Below, one piece after another: positions 1 to 587 of a stretch of 587 nucleotides of DNA. Origin of the DNA: Escherichia coli (GTDB lineage Bacteria > Pseudomonadota > Gammaproteobacteria > Enterobacterales > Enterobacteriaceae); NCBI RefSeq assembly GCF_003334385.1, contig NZ_QOWN01000162.1, one strand, 5' to 3'. Each line of letters starts with the position of its first letter. Position 1 is the stretch's first letter. A model generated the notes under the pieces. That model was not told the origin of the DNA and searched no databases. It saw nothing but the letters and a program-made list of their open reading frames with translations. Both the position numbers and the translations under genes were made by a program.

Positions 1-587
1 GCACTATGCGGATGCCATTCGTTATAATGCTCGAACGCCTCTGCAAGGTTCTTTGCTGCCGTTAACCCGTCTGGTTTGGGCATGACACTGATGTAGTCAC
101 GCTTTATCGTTTTCACGAAGCTCTCTGCTATGCCGTTACTCTCCGGACTCCGCACCGCCGTGTTCTTCGGTTCAAGCCCCAACATCCGGGCAAACTGCCG
201 TGTTTCATTAGCCCGGTAGCATGAACCATTATCCGTCAGCCACTCTACTGGAGACGCCGGAAGCTCGTTGCCGAAGCGGCGTTCCACCGCTCCTGGCATG
301 ACGTCCTGTACTGTTTCACTGTCGAAGCCGCCCGTAGTGACCGCCCAGTACAGTGCCTCACGGTCACAGCAGTCCAGCGCGAACGTGACTCGCAGTTTTT
401 CTCCGTTATCACAGCGGAACTCGAACCCGTCAGAGCACCATCGTTGATTGCTTTCTTTCACGGCCACTTTGCCAGTATATGCCCGCTTCGATGGCGGTAC
501 AGCGGTTTTTCGCTCAAGCAACAGCGCATTCTGGCGCATGATCCGGTAAACACGTTTGGCATTGATCGCAGGCATACCATCAAGTTC
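1..587 (-). CDS. insD: IS2 transposase OrfB (InsD), IS3-family DDE transposase/integrase catalytic domain; internal fragment, truncated at both ends by the window
   Basis: Minus-strand translation starting at position 587 is open for all 195 codons (plus 2 leftover nt at positions 2-1). It reads [196 protein letters not shown]. This matches IS2 InsD as I recall it, and it carries the retroviral-integrase-like W-x-x-D, TDNG and ES motifs. All three plus-strand frames are broken by stops within the first ~100 nt. Confidence 0.95.
1..587 (-). mobile_element. Insertion sequence IS2 (IS3 family), internal portion only; element ends lie outside the window
   Basis: The entire window encodes the IS2 orfB product. 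Because orfB is on the minus strand, the IS2 left end (IRL, insC/orfA, frameshift site) must lie beyond position 587 and the right end (IRR) beyond position 1. No inverted repeats or target-site duplications are visible in the window. Confidence 0.93.
102..431 (-). other. DDE catalytic core of the transposase: D at codon 429-431, D at codon 231-233, E at codon 123-125, conserved K at codon 102-104
   Basis: On the minus strand, plus-strand gtc at 429-431 is GAC (the D in WCSDGFEF), atc at 231-233 is GAT (the D in WLTDNGSCY), and ctc at 123-125 is GAG (the E in NGIAESFVK). There are 35 residues between the second D and the E, and a Lys sits 7 residues after the E (ctt at 102-104 is AAG). This is the IS3-family and retroviral-integrase DD(35)E signature. 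Which residues are catalytic is assigned by analogy to the HIV integrase 'QGVVES' region, not by experiment. Confidence 0.8.

Noticed and set aside
1-224. Plus-strand (antisense) open reading frames
   Set aside because: All three plus-strand frames hit stop codons early: taa at 25-27 and tag at 94-96 in frame 1, tga at 80-82 in frame 2, taa at 63-65 and tga at 222-224 in frame 3. Any plus-strand ORFs are short, overlap a strongly supported minus-strand CDS, and have no recognisable product.
306-353. 8-bp inverted repeat: ctgtactg at 306-313 and cagtacag at 346-353, with a 32-bp spacer
   Set aside because: It lies inside the coding sequence, where it encodes the 'ETVQD' and 'ALYWA' segments. 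It is short enough to be expected by chance in a window of this size, and it has no flanking U-tract or promoter context to suggest a terminator or regulatory hairpin.
393-509. Short homopolymer runs (ttttt at 396-400 and 505-509; AAAAA on the coding strand) as candidate programmed frameshift sites
   Set aside because: The IS2 programmed -1 frameshift site lies in the orfA/orfB overlap upstream of orfB, which is beyond position 587. These runs are only 5 nt, sit in-frame within the body of orfB, and the reading frame continues normally through them.
1-587. Hypothesis that the window encodes a novel or undescribed biological system
   Set aside because: A single known gene explains every base: the window is contiguous IS2 orfB coding sequence with a recognisable IS3-family catalytic core. 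No unexplained ORF, repeat array or structured RNA is left over.
1-587. CRISPR repeats, tRNA or rRNA genes, terminal inverted repeats of the IS
   Set aside because: No direct repeat-spacer periodicity and no cloverleaf-like or rRNA-like sequence is apparent. The IS2 ends are expected outside the window given the position within orfB.

Overview
The whole 587-bp window is an internal fragment of a well-known insertion sequence, IS2 (IS3 family), read on the minus strand. Reverse-complementing and translating from position 587 gives one uninterrupted reading frame of 195 codons with no stop, which I recognise as the central and C-terminal catalytic part of the IS2 OrfB transposase (InsD). The DD(35)E catalytic motif with the IS3-family K/R at +7 is intact. 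Neither the start nor the stop codon of the gene is in the window, and neither are the IS2 terminal inverted repeats or the insC/insD frameshift site. I find no evidence here for a novel or undescribed system: the window is fully explained by a common Enterobacterial mobile element. I had no search or alignment tools, so the identification rests on my own translation and on recall of the InsD sequence.
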